From positions 32,001 through 96,000 of the forward strand of contig CAWGVG010000033.1 of assembly GCA_963825865.1 (NCBI GenBank): a stretch of 64,000 bases of DNA, written 5' to 3'. The notes under the pieces are model-generated. The model was not told the origin of the DNA. It worked only from the letters and a program-made list of their open reading frames with translations, and did not search any database. Numbering within the stretch: position 1 is the stretch's first letter; every line of letters starts with the position of its first letter. Positions 13,510 to 25,263 of this stretch are shown here, piece by piece. A program made the position numbers and the translations under genes. Source of the DNA: an uncultured Nitrososphaeraceae archaeon. GTDB lineage: Archaea > Thermoproteota > Nitrososphaeria > Nitrososphaerales > Nitrososphaeraceae.

Positions 13510-14121
13510 TCAAGTCTTTTTATGCTCAATAGTTCTTCTACTGTTCTTTTTTCTTCTATTTACAAGGACTGTTCCCGCTACTATTACAGAAATAGCGACA
13601 CTGGCAATAGGGAGTAAAAGCGAAGACGAAAAATAGACAGCAAATGAATCCAATACATTAATTGGATATGTAAAGGTAATACTTTGACCAGAATAACCAT
13701 TGTCATTTATATCAATATTTAGTGTATAAATACCAGATTTTGAAAACACATACTCATGTGTAAAATGATTATATGGCACAAATATTGGATGTGTCTTTTC
13801 TAAATTAACTCCATCCTTGATTATTGTAATAACAATAGGAATATCCACTAGCTCGTCACCATTAACACTACTGATTCTCAATAAAATTTGTGTATTCTGA
13901 CCAGCTATAGGTATTTTTGGATCTGTTTTCATTTCTATATTATAATTGCCAATCCTCTGGAGGATAGAGTTTTTAAGAGGATCGGCAATTGCCAGTTGAG
14001 CAGATGATAATCCAATTATTAACAGTACCACAATAATGAGCAAAAAAACTATGTTGAACATCATATACTTAATTTTCTGCATTTTTCTTCTTGAAAAGCT
14101 CGCTAACCAAGTATACAACAA
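13510..14121 (-). CDS. hypothetical secreted protein with C-terminal membrane anchor
   Basis: Signal-like N-terminus, Ig-like core, C-terminal TM and basic tail. Confidence 0.65.
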   Translation of the reverse strand: MLYTWLASFSRRKMQKIKYMMFNIVFLLIIVVLLIIGLSSAQLAIADPLKNSILQRIGNYNIEMKTDPKIPIAGQNTQILLRISSVNGDELVDIPIVITIIKDGVNLEKTHPIFVPYNHFTHEYVFSKSGIYTLNIDINDNGYSGQSITFTYPINVLDSFAVYFSSSLLLPIASVAISVIVAGTVLVNRRKKNSRRTIEHKKT

Positions 14122-14303
14122 ACTTTAATTTCAATTTTTCTTTTTTGACTATAACTCATTGAGTTTCATTTGTTGTTTCTAACTCCATCAATCATTTCAG
14201 CGGCATATATCATTTACGACTTTTTCTAAAAAGCGTATAGTACCTGAGCAACTATATCTCCTTATTTAAAGAATTGACATTGTCACTTTATTACAGTGAC
14301 ACT

Positions 14304-14443
14304 GTAATAAAACGGTTGTTTGGCGAATAGATTGCATCAGGATTAGTAAGAACACAGAATAGAGAGTTATCATTCAAATGTATTGCTTACAACATGCATA
14401 GACTAACTAACCTTGTCATTATTGCGATGTTTTCTACATAGCC
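14304..14443 (+). mobile_element. IS5-like transposase 3' remnant with terminal repeat
   Basis: VIKRLFGE*IASGLVRTQNRELSFKCIAYNMHRL resembles an IS5-family C-terminus; ends TTCTACATAGCC, an IS5-type GGC-starting end on the other strand. Confidence 0.65.
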
Positions 14444-14544
14444 AAAGTAAAGTTCAGTTCAGGAACGAATGGATGTAGATACTAACAGTTATCAAACAAT
14501 TATTATATATAGACATTAAATTAAGCTATAAACTGGCTTATTAA

Positions 14545-15209
14545 TTGAGATATATCTTGGTATCTTTAGTCACTTTGACATTGTTTGTCATTTTAGCTAT
14601 ATTAGTTTCTCCCCGTCTAAATAGCAATGCTAACTCTATAATTATTAAACAAGATGCTCTAGCTTTTCTAAAGATTAACAACTCACACTACTACGCACTT
14701 AATGAATTGATGGTCTTGATGAGCAAATATGGAAGAGAAGTAGTTTGGTCTTTGACAATATTACTTTTGTTTATTTTTGGTGGTTGGAAAGGAAAGGAGA
14801 CAGCTGTAATTATGGCATTAGCAATGATTGTCATAATACCAATAGGTACTGCAGCAAAAGATATTATAGCAAGGCCCAGACCAGTAACTCCTAAAGCAGA
14901 TTATCTAGTTGCAGCAGATAGAGAATATGCTTTTCCTTCAGGTCATGCTATGATAGTGTCTGCTGGCGCTACTACGGTCTTAGCCTTATTCAGAGATTCA
15001 CCTAAGAAATTGGCAATATCTTTAGCCTTAGCTGTGGAAGCTGCTCTTTGTATCCTTTTCAAGAGTATATGTTGGTGGACACTATCCTTTGGATGTAGTC
15101 GGCGGTATATTGTTGGGAGTTGGAATATCATTTATTTTTATAGGGGAGGCAAGATATGTAGAACAATTACTTATGAAAATAAGGAAAGTAATAAAACCTC
15201 AAAGTAAAT
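14545..15209 (+). CDS. PAP2-family membrane phosphatase (frameshift near 15055)
   Basis: KDIIARPRP, AFPSGH; SRVYVGGHYPLDV in the shifted frame. Confidence 0.88.
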
Positions 15210-15386
15210 AATTGGCGTTGCTTGAAAACTTTTATTCCGACCGTATCTTCTTATTCTTTCTAATAAAGCAATTTCTACATTCACCATTGGAAATCTTAAT
15301 GCATCATAATACACTTATCGGACTGAAATAGATCCTAGATACCTTATTGTATATTTTCTTATCTCTATATAATTCAAAGCAATCAT

Positions 15387-16303
15387 TTAGGCGTTGAATG
15401 TCTGAGGGAAAACACCAGAATAAAAAAACGTTTTTCCTCTCGTTCTATATTTCTTTCTAGCATATGGCATTGTAGGTAATATATTGCTCAAAGCAGATAT
15501 TACTTCATTTAAATTCTTACCAGAACTTGTCAACACTAACATGACCTGATTCTTATCTCCTCCAGTTGTTGAGCCGCCCTCCACGCAAACTCATAAATGG
15601 ATATTGATTGTCAATCCCAAAGCCTTGACCTTTAACTTCTGAAACAATTTTATCAAGTAGTATTTGCTGGTACCATAAGTGTAGCTATAGTGTCAATATT
15701 ATTAGTTGCTGTTGCTGGCTGGGCAGAGGTAGTGTCAGTAGCATTACTGGTAGAATTAAAAGAAGTATTGAGTGATTGGTCTACAACTGTTACTGTTCCA
15801 TTCATTTTATAGTTTGGAACCGCTTTATCATCGCTTGGGCCAGAATAAACAAAAGTACCAGTATTATTAAACATAATTGGCTTTGAAGCGGCATAATTGT
15901 CGAATGGACCGCTATCATATACGGCGTTCTTTGAATTATTGTCTACTATACTTATAGTGTGGGGATGATGGCCAACATCTCCATTAAACCATGTTACCGT
16001 AGTACCAACATTTACTACTGCATTCTGAGGAAGGTATGGTTGATTGACAACTCTCAATTCCTTTGGCTGCGTGGGATCTTCGTGTCCTTCATTTGGAAGT
16101 AATATTACAAGGTTCTTGATATCCTTGCCAAGAACCATAGTATAATATTGGTAAATGTCAGATGCTTTTATGTCTGGTTGCCAAACTTGTTGAGTTTCTC
16201 CTACTGCAAATGCTGAATAGGATGATGGATTAGCAGCAAGCTGTATTAACGCTGCAAAAATTACATATACAACAATAGCAACTATTGTATTATTTATCTT
16301 CAT
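15387..16303 (-). CDS. secreted cupredoxin-fold protein lacking the canonical Cys ligand (frameshifts near 15585-15655)
   Basis: PQNAVVNVGTTVTWFNGD..HPHTI..GTFVY..MNGTVTV. Confidence 0.7.
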
Positions 16304-17042
16304 TAAAGACTATGCGATACGTTACGATTATTAAAACGTAATTGATTCTAAAAAATATAAAATGAATGCTTCGAAGCACTACCTTTTTCCATATTCGTTT
16401 TCATGTAAAATAAAATAAAACATAGAAGCTACTGTTTCAAAAACTCAATTCTGTTAAGTATAAATTGCTACTAGTAACGCGTTAGAAAAAAACAAATAAT
16501 ATATTAAAATAAGTTTATGTAGAAGTCACTTCGGAATTAACTCAGTTATTTGGAGAAGTGCTCTACACTTGATTTAAATGAATTATTGCATCTTTGCTGT
16601 TTCCTTTTTTTAGTGAATCTATCTCTGTTATTTATGTCGCTAGTTACTAATATAGCTGAGGCTGAATTTGCCCATGCTAAGTGTAAAACTAGCTGTTGAA
16701 TTCATAAACGAGACATTGCAACTTATGAACTGTTACCACTATGTATCGCCTTCATTGCTTCTTTAAATCATTTTTTGATGATTGGGAGAAGGAGAGATGA
16801 CTGACTAATGCTGAAGCCAGCAAAGTCACTTCAACTAATGTATTTAATGTTAATATTGCTGTAAGTATACCTGTAGAAGGAGCAACGTTTCCTAAATCTA
16901 TAGGATATTAGCTGGATCATTGAGAAGGTTCTTTTGAACGAACAATAATGGTTTCTTAAATTTAGATTCCCAGTTTTGAAAATAGGATATATCAATCTCT
17001 AATCTTGTAGAATTAAGCGCGATGAAAGTAATGTATTATCTT

Positions 17043-17417
17043 TTAAGGAGGTGGAGGATGTTTTTCCATGCATACATCATAAAGATAAAAGGAATACATC
17101 ATTGCTCCTGTTGCGATCAAAACTGGTTGCATGATCCTAAAATCTACTGGCTTCCCAATCGCAATTAGGTATGGGAATGGATAGAATCCAGCAACAAAAA
17201 ACCACATTGCAATAAAAAGCATTACAAAGTGTATATTACGTCTTAAAAAGTTATATGGCGGTTTTTTCAATGCACCACATTTTATACACTTGCTTCTATC
17301 CTGTATGATACATGATGAGCACACAGACTTGGTGCAGTAAACACATATACTATCTGCAAAACGCGACCCACATATATGACAGCTTGTCAAATGAACCTGT
17401 TGTATTAGAAACACCAC
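17043..17417 (-). CDS. Cys-rich zinc-finger membrane protein
   Basis: CHIC..CVYC..CSSC..CIKC followed by TM segments. Confidence 0.65.
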   Translation of the reverse strand: MVFLIQQVHLTSCHICGSRFADSICVYCTKSVCSSCIIQDRSKCIKCGALKKPPYNFLRRNIHFVMLFIAMWFFVAGFYPFPYLIAIGKPVDFRIMQPVLIATGAMMYSFYLYDVCMEKHPPPP

Positions 17418-17749
17418 AGTATTATTATATTTGCATTCGTTTGCATAGCTATTTTAAACGCCATAAGAATGTTAAAACAAAATAGCAACTTTTTGCTTTT
17501 GTCTCTTCTAATTCTTATTTTTTATGCCACAATAAGACCTTTAGCCAAAGGATTCACGGCCATCTCATATGGCAATGCATGTATATATATATAATAGAAA
17601 CACCTCTGCACAAATAGAAGAAGAGCAATAACTATAATTAAATTTTTAATAAACGTCACGTTATATTAGTATTGTAATGACAAGGTTAATTCAAACAATC
17701 ATCCATAAACATATATTTACTGGCTTAAAATGTTGCAAATTAATATCCA

Positions 17750-18223
17750 AAGATGGAATAACAACACAAGAGCTAATTATCGATAGACTTCAGGGCCTAT
17801 TTGAAGGCATAGATATAAATCTTAAACCCCAACGTATCAAATTTGCAAGTGTCGGCCGTGCTGCCAAGCATAGCAAAGAATTTGGACGAATATCAATTCA
17901 TTATCTGCTCTGAAATTTCCGATATGCCTGACAGCAACCCTATGAAATTGCAATTGCAAAAATATAGAATAGGAATATTTGGAGCATTTGCGAAATTAGT
18001 TCCTTTGCTGATATCTCTAAATTCCAACGAAGAATTGCAGAGCTGGAATTCTTTTGCAAATATCTTGCTAATGGAGGTCTCTGAATCTCTTGTCAAGGCT
18101 CGATCAAATCCGAAAGAATGGAAAAGGTCGTATAATATCAGACTAAAAGAGGCGTTAGACTTTTTTGAAATCCCAGAAAAAGAGGTCGAAGAAGAACTAA
18201 TCAGAATCTATCAGAATGAGTAG
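17750..18223 (+). CDS. hypothetical protein (probable frameshift near 17845)
   Basis: Overlapping ORFs 17677..17913 and 17843..18223 that read as one protein. Confidence 0.5.
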
Positions 18224-18368
18224 TTTTGCTTAATCTAAAGCGACATTTTACTCTTAAATTTGAATAATTCAAAATGTTCTTTTAATTTGAACTGTACAAT
18301 AAATTTCATATTTGAACGTTCAGAATATATAAAAGAGGAGATTTATTATACAGACAGGTCCAATTTTC

Positions 18369-18629
18369 ATGAGTGATCAAAATTCAGATCAGGAGAAAAC
18401 TAATTCTTTAGATAAATGCCAGGTATGTGATGGGAATAAAAGAACCTACAATATGGTTCCGTGTTTTTTTTGCAACGAAACAGGCCTAAGTAATAGGTTT
18501 GCAGAAGCCTTTATAAGGAATCATATTTGTTACTGTTCAACCACTTCTGATAGGAAAAGTTGTCCTATTTGTAAGAAAAAATGTCACCACGAATCTGCGT
18601 TAAGGCCACGCATATTGGTTGTTCCATGA
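18369..18629 (+). CDS. small Cys-rich putative zinc-binding protein
   Basis: CQVC..CFFC..CYC..CPIC..CHH. Confidence 0.65.
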   Translation: MSDQNSDQEKTNSLDKCQVCDGNKRTYNMVPCFFCNETGLSNRFAEAFIRNHICYCSTTSDRKSCPICKKKCHHESALRPRILVVP

Positions 18630-18998
18630 ATAAAGACGAAGAGGATTAAAGGAAGAATATAAACGACTATATGGGACTTAATAAACTGCCGTTTTGATGG
18701 TTATGGGAGAAATTTTAAACCTATGACCTGTTATACCTTATACCTTAATCTTTTGTATACATCAACATGCCTTGCATGATATTACCGCCCAGAATCAAGA
18801 CTACTGTATTAAATGGCTTCTAAGATATCATCTATCTGTGCAGCGGTAGGACTGTTACAAATAATAATCGATATGGATGAATTCACTATTGATATTTTTC
18901 AAACTGTGACATTATGCCACGATGAATTGGATATTTGTCTAGAAAAGCATAAAAACAATTTTATTCAAAATAAAATTATTAATTGATGTATATTATTC

Positions 18999-20001
18999 TT
19001 GAAAAGTATTAACTTAGTTGTACTTGGAGATCACCATCGAATTGCGACAGAATTAGGTGGAAAGAGAGGTACTACCAAGTGATATTGTCATTTATGACAG
19101 AAAAACTTTGGATACTCTTTATTCATGGATCGCACCCGTAACCTTTCCAGCTAAAATACAACCTCTGATGCAAGCTATAAACATTGCAGAGTACGCTATA
19201 TTAGATGTCACAAAAATAGATAAATATCTTGGAGAGCAGATACTCGCTTTGGATTGCCTTGATTTTAGACATGGTTTCATCCTTCATTCATATGACATTG
19301 ATGAAGCAAAACTGAATGTGTTGATTAAAAATACTTCTGTTTCACATTTTAAACTAATTGATAACATTGACCAATTAAAATATGAGGTGTCCAGACTCAA
19401 ACCAAAACCAAATGCTGAGGAGGCAGGAGAGGAGAAGGATAACCTAGAAAAAGGTGGAGGTAGTAATCATGATTCAGTAGTAATACCCATTGACCACGCC
19501 TTTGACGTTAAAGGCGTTGGAACCGTTATACTTGGCGTTATAAAACAAGGAATTGTCAAAGTACATGATCAGTTAAAAATTATGCTTGTCGGAAAGGATA
19601 TAATTGTAAAGTCAATTCAAATGCATGATGATGCAGTTCAAGAATCTAAATGTCCAGCAAGAGTAGGTCTTGCTGTTAAAGGAATTACTGCTGATGAGAT
19701 TTCAAGAGGAGACATACTATGTTATTCTCAAGATAATCATGTGAATGTATTATCAACCGATCGTACAATATCTGCAATCTTTCAAAAGAATCCTTACTAT
19801 AAAGAGGACTTGGTAGAAAATCAAACATATATGGTTTCAATAGGGTTGCAAATAAGACCGGTAAAAATCAAGAATCATCGAAGCAATACGATTGAAATTA
19901 CCGCTGAGAAACCGATCGTATATATGCCTTGTCAGAGGTATGTTCTATTAAAGCCAGATAGTCATGGAACGAGAATAATCGGACAGGGAATTATGCAATA
20001 A
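18999..20001 (+). CDS. SelB-like/EF-Tu-like translation factor with degenerate G domain (frameshift near 19060)
   Basis: IDHAFDVKGVGTVILG, VKSIQMHD, RVGLAVKGI, ISRGD of EF-Tu domain II; N-terminus KSINLVVLG in upstream frame. Confidence 0.85.
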
Positions 20002-20069
20002 AAACACTCTTTCCGTAGGATCTTCGTTAGCAATTGATTGTTCAAAACTGTCCTTTACCGCTAAATATT

Positions 20070-20370
20070 TTGTCATGTCTTTTGGTAATTAGTGGGACAG
20101 CGATAAAGGCTATCAAAAAATACAGAGTGACACCTGCGTACTCTATACTATCCTTATTGGGAGCCATGTTTCTTATTGCTGCCTTACATCACTAGTATTC
20201 TTCCACTATTGATGTCAATGCAAACAAGACCAGTAATATGGAGAGGAAGAACAATTGTATACAACGTAAAAAAAGAGAAGAATCAGCGATATCAATGTAT
20301 GACAAACAACTTTACTCTAATCACATGCAAAGTTATATTCTCATCTCATTCTGCCGTAATGGCTAACTAA
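20070..20370 (+). pseudogene. 3' fragment resembling a membrane GT2 glycosyltransferase tail
   Basis: Hydrophobic stretch followed by PVIWRGR; no upstream catalytic domain. Confidence 0.35.
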
Positions 20371-20454
20371 AGTTATGGCCATTTAATGCTAACTCAAGCT
20401 TTTTACTGTACCCACTTATTTAGAGTAAAAAAATGGATAGTGTTACCATTTATT

Positions 20455-20769
20455 TCACGTATCTTTTTCAACACAACGGTAGTAGGTTATTCCATTAATC
20501 GTAACATCTTCTATTTTAATTAGCTTTTGTGTTTTGTGAGAATTGTATTTTCTTGAAATTATACCACCAGTAAGATCACTGATCAAGTCAATTAAACCCA
20601 ATTTTACCATAGCGTGATTTACATCTTCTTCCCTTATGCCCACGGCTTGGGCAATCTCCTTTGCTGAAAAACCTCTTTCCTTATTTCTGCGAAGAAACAT
20701 GGATATTATTATCATCAGATCCTTGTGTGCGTCAAATTCTGCTGCATCTATGGGCGGAGGAGGGCTCAT
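20455..20769 (-). CDS. small wHTH-like protein
   Basis: FLRRNKERGFSAKEIAQAVGI..GITYY. Confidence 0.65.
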   Translation of the reverse strand: MSPPPPIDAAEFDAHKDLMIIISMFLRRNKERGFSAKEIAQAVGIREEDVNHAMVKLGLIDLISDLTGGIISRKYNSHKTQKLIKIEDVTINGITYYRCVEKDT

Positions 20770-20954
20770 ACTACGAATTCATCTCTGTCTACATATAATC
20801 TAAAAGCAACAGCAAGGTCTAATTAATAATGGAAATTCCTAAATGTTTGACATCTAAGGGTATCAAATGAGCCGCTGACGGAGTAGTATTCTAAAAAATT
20901 AGTATAGATTTTTTATTGAATAAAAGATTAAAAAGAAGAATGTAATCCTATAAG

Positions 20955-21872
20955 ATGGAACAGCAGTTTATTTATATGAGATTACAAGTGATAAAAAGCT
21001 GGTTTCGTGTAATTAGGACGAGATTTCTTTTGGCATCTGTTATCGCAGTCACTAATGGCTTAGCAATCGCTGTATGGAGATACAGGCAATTTGACCTTTT
21101 ATATGCTATTTTAACCTTTGTAGGAGTTATTTGCCTTCATGCTAGCGTAGACTTGCTGAATGATTATTGGGATTATAAAAGAGGTATAGATACTGTTTTT
21201 ACAAAAAGGACGAAGTTTAGCGGAGGAACAGGAGTATTACCGGGAAAATTATTGAAGCCAAACAGTGTTTATAGTGCGGGCGTAATTTTTCTTCTTCTAG
21301 GATCCTTAGTCGGCGCATATTTTGTTATAACTCGAGGAATAACAGTTGCGATAATACTGGGCTTCGCAATAGTTGCAATATATTTTTATTCAACAACTAT
21401 AGTTAACGTAGGACTAGGAGAAGTTTTCGTAGCGGCTAAAACGTACTATGATACAGTACTTGGAAGTTTTTATGTTCAAACTGGAGTTATTGAACTGTCT
21501 GCAGTTTATATCGGAATTATAGTTGGCATTTTATCAGCATCGGTTTTGTTTATTAATTCGTTCCCTGATTATGAGGCAGATCGTTCCAAGGGGCGACGAT
21601 CACTTGTTATATTACTAGGAAAACAAAAAGCCTCTCAAGTATTTCGTATACTGATTATATTTCCATACATTTTGGTCATAGCAGCTATATTTCTCGGTTA
21701 CGCAAAAATCTATTCGATAGTATGCTTTGTATCGATCCCGTTTGCTTTTAAAATAATTAAATACATACAGAAATATTCTGAGAGTATCGATAAATTTGTA
21801 CCAATAATGGCTGCTACTGTAATGTACGCTAGGATTACAGGGTTCACATTGGCAATTAGTTTGTTATTCTAA
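20955..21872 (+). CDS. menA: UbiA/MenA-family prenyltransferase
   Basis: NDYWDYKRGID, SGGTG, NSFPDYEADRSKGRRSL; multi-TM. Confidence 0.8.
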   Translation: MEQQFIYMRLQVIKSWFRVIRTRFLLASVIAVTNGLAIAVWRYRQFDLLYAILTFVGVICLHASVDLLNDYWDYKRGIDTVFTKRTKFSGGTGVLPGKLLKPNSVYSAGVIFLLLGSLVGAYFVITRGITVAIILGFAIVAIYFYSTTIVNVGLGEVFVAAKTYYDTVLGSFYVQTGVIELSAVYIGIIVGILSASVLFINSFPDYEADRSKGRRSLVILLGKQKASQVFRILIIFPYILVIAAIFLGYAKIYSIVCFVSIPFAFKIIKYIQKYSESIDKFVPIMAATVMYARITGFTLAISLLF

Positions 21873-22038
21873 ATAGCAGTTCCTAGCAAAAGCAAACTCT
21901 ACCTTCTGTCCACCATCAAACTGTGCATTCATTACCGTTGCAGTTTGGCCAGCTGTTCAGACACTTCTCTGTGTAGTCCTCTGAACAAAGCACAATTTCA
22001 CGTCTAAAGAGTCTTCTGACTCAATCAAATGTGGAATA

Positions 22039-22981
22039 TCAATTGTCCAGATGACTTAAATGCATTTTAGACAAATCTAGACGACTTTTTAGATCCTTGA
22101 ATCTGTTTCTTACGGTCACCTCAGTTACTCCGGCGGCATTTGAAATATCCAATTGAGTCCTGTGTTCTCCAGTATTGAGGCACGATAAATAGAGGATTGA
22201 CGCAGCAAGACCCATAGGATCTTTTCCAGCCGATAAGCCATTCTGCGTGACGTCTTTCATGATATTCATTGCCCGGTATTTTGTTTTCTCACTTATGTCA
22301 GCTTTGTTTGCAACTCTTACAATACACTTTACAAGATCAATCATTGGAACTTTAAGATCAAGTTCAAGCACCAGTATTCTATAAGTTCTTGAGAGCTCTG
22401 TGCGTCTTATATTACTGGCTATAGCAACATCATTTAAAGTTCTCGAGACTCCCATTTCTCTACATGCGATATAGACTACAGCAGCTGAGTACTGCAGGTA
22501 TAGACCGCCCACGAATAAACCCCCTATCCTGAGCTTTTCTGTATATGTATGCACTCTTTTCAATTATTGCATCAGATAGTCCGACCTTGCTTTTCAATAT
22601 ATCAAGTTGTTCAAAAGCCTTCTTAAGATTCCTATCCGTAGAACTGTGAGCCTGCGTTCTTAAGTCCCATACCCTTAGCCTTTCCATTGTCGAACGCATG
22701 GCTGCATCAATTTTGCGTCCACTAGCATCCTTATCTGTCCTTCCAATAATAGTAGCAAGACCCATGTCATGACGAGCCAAGGAAGTTGGAATTCCTGTTC
22801 TGCTTCTGTCATTTACCTCCTCAGTATTGAATGCGCGCCATTCGGGTCGAATTTCCTGAATCTTGTCAGAAATTACAAGTCCGCAGTTACTGCAAATAAG
22901 CTCACCAGATTCAAGATCTGTAATTGTCTGACTTTTATTACATATAGAACATGTTATTGTTGAAGCTTTGACTTTTAACAT
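22039..22981 (-). CDS. tfb: transcription initiation factor IIB (frameshift near 22480)
   Basis: Zn ribbon CSIC..GELICSNCG, PEWRAF, cyclin repeats, GKDPMGLAAS, AGVTEVTVRNR. Confidence 0.95.
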
Positions 22982-23080
22982 AATGTGTATACCAAATATA
23001 TTGTCGTTAATCAGACATTTAAACAATATTACATATGAAACTTTAGGAGAAGAAAGCATAGATATACAACCCTGCAATTA

Positions 23081-23395
23081 ATGGCTGGCAAGAAGATCGA
23101 TGAAGAGAAAGTAGAAGAAGAAATACTTTACTTCCTTCGTGTTAATGAAAGGCTAAGATATGCTGGTTTCTTATTGAATCAATGGGCTTCTAGCAACAAT
23201 CACAACGTATCGAAGATTGATAAAGCATTCCTTAATTCTATAGGTTTATTAAAAGGAGCAAATGCAAACTTTTTACCATTGATTTTTGGTGCGAGTGCTA
23301 TTGATTACAAATTATGTTTTCCAAGATGGAGTTTGAAGATATCCAAAGTGGCTTCTTTTGATGGTTCAAAACTAGACATTATTGAGAGAATCTGA
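23081..23395 (+). CDS. hypothetical protein
   Basis: 104-aa ATG ORF divergent from tfb; no motif recognised. Confidence 0.45.
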   Translation: MAGKKIDEEKVEEEILYFLRVNERLRYAGFLLNQWASSNNHNVSKIDKAFLNSIGLLKGANANFLPLIFGASAIDYKLCFPRWSLKISKVASFDGSKLDIIERI

Positions 23396-23478
23396 CAAGT
23401 CGGTCGTTTCTATAGAATTGTACATTTCGGTCTTGACAATCATGGTGTTGATAAATGTTATTGTAGAAAAAAGAGATT

Positions 23479-24814
23479 TTACTTTTGTTCTAATGACTCG
23501 ACCTTCTTATTCAGATAAGCAACAAGCTTGGCAATCTTTAGGTCCATTCCATGATGTTGGCTGGTCAAATGCTCTTCTAAGTCAAGTGTCATAACTAATG
23601 TCGTCATACCATCTTCCAAATCGTTTGTCCAAATATTCTGATACTGCAGCTTTCTGGTCTTCCATATGTTCATAGAATCTATTCGCACATACATCTGACT
23701 TTATTTGCTGGTTTACTTTCCTTTCATTCGGATTTAGGTATGGTGCTTTCTTTGGAAGGTGGATTATGGTCAGCCAGTCTTCTTTCTCTGTGCATTGATA
23801 TAATTCCGTACCATTAGGCTTACATGATATGAAGCGTTATCCCATATGAGTACCAGTCTTTTCCACCATATCATTTTTCATAATGTTTGTCTTGAGATTC
23901 TCTAGATGGTCGATAGTATTCGTAGAATCCATTTTATCATAGAAATCATACGTCATTAATTTCTCTTCAGGCCATACCATGGATATGTATGCAGAGAACT
24001 TCTTTCTACTACCAGTATGTTCTATCCTTTGTTGCTCACCTTCAAAACTCATGGATTTTCGAATACAAGGTTTCTGTGTTATAATATAGTCTCATCTTCA
24101 AATGCTACTACAACTCCCTTTTTTTTTGAGCTGAAGCTATCTGTTTGTAGTTTTGCACTTTCTCTTTTCCCTCTTCATAATCCTTTCCTCCATGTAGCAG
24201 TTCCAGTTTTGGTCTTTTGCACCTAACTCCTAAATCTTTTGTTTATTCTCTGCAGGTGCTTGAAACTGATTGGAATTCCTAGCTCATTTGTCAGACAGTT
24301 TGCAAGTAATCTCAGACTCCATGTATTTCTAAGATAACCAAAGATGTGCGGGTCGTTAAATAATGCTGATAGAATAATCTCTCTTTGTTTTCATCTGTTA
24401 TGCCAGATTTTGTTCCGCCAGGTTTCTTCATCTTTATTCTATCTATCCCACTTTGGATATAGGCAATAACCCATCTCTGTACAGCCTGCTGCTGACTCCG
24501 TGTTCATTTGCTATGTCTTCGTAAGTTCTACCTTCAGCTTTTTGGAGTATAGCCAGTAGCCTGCGGTATTCTTTTTTGTTACCCGTATTCTTCATAAATG
24601 ACTTTAATTTGTTCCTCTGTCCTATGGTAAGTTTGAGTTTGAAAGGATGATTCACAGAATGAAAATATCTCATTTACTAAGCTTTAACTATTTCCAAATC
24701 TAGGTTATGTAATGAACAAATAACGACATAAATTCAGACACTTCACTTACATGATACACAGTTATGCTTTTTTTTCCTTACCCGCAGTACAAATATGATA
24801 CTCTATTTAGCCAT
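23479..24814 (-). pseudogene. small His-rich protein gene interrupted by IS630
   Basis: Removing the IS and one TA joins ..ITVYHV to EEHLTSQHHGMDLKIAKLVAYLNKKVESLEQK* in frame. Confidence 0.65.
23580..24747 (-). mobile_element. IS630-family insertion sequence, transposase frameshifted
   Basis: HTH N-terminus; FEDET, WDNASYH, LPKKAPYLNPNE DDE motifs; ends AGTCAAGTGTC / GACACTTCACT (10/11 IR); TA at 23578-79 and 24748-49. Confidence 0.92.
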
Positions 24815-24955
24815 CTAGTAACTAGTGAAACAATTTGAAAGGAAATTCATATACGGCTATCAGTCCTTGCTTAAAACTCATAGACGATTTGTACATTCTT
24901 GGCCCTACGAGTTAAATGACACTATATGATAAGAACTGGTAAGTGCTAATTAACT

Positions 24956-25169
24956 GAGGCTGGGACATAATTGCCTGCTTATATTTTTACCAATATCTAT
25001 TGATGGTTTTGAATAAAGCTATCTTCAGATGTTTGGTGTTTTGGTGAAATACAGTAAAACAATCCCAAAGACTAGCCTCAGGATATGTATCAGAATCTAT
25101 CCACCGTTAGGAAGATAATCAACCAGAAAACTGCTTGAAAATTGCGTGATCAAATTATGCCCCAGTCTC
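24956..25169. mobile_element. 214-bp MITE
   Basis: TIRs GAGGCTGGGACATAATT and AATTATGCCCCAGTCTC (15/17); direct repeat AATTAACT at 24948-55 and 25170-77; no ORF. Confidence 0.85.
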
Positions 25170-25263
25170 AATTAACTAACTAACTTTTTCTGCATACAGA
25201 TTGGCTATAACAGAAAACGCCATAACCTAAATGGATAAATTTAGTATGAACTAAACAAAACCT

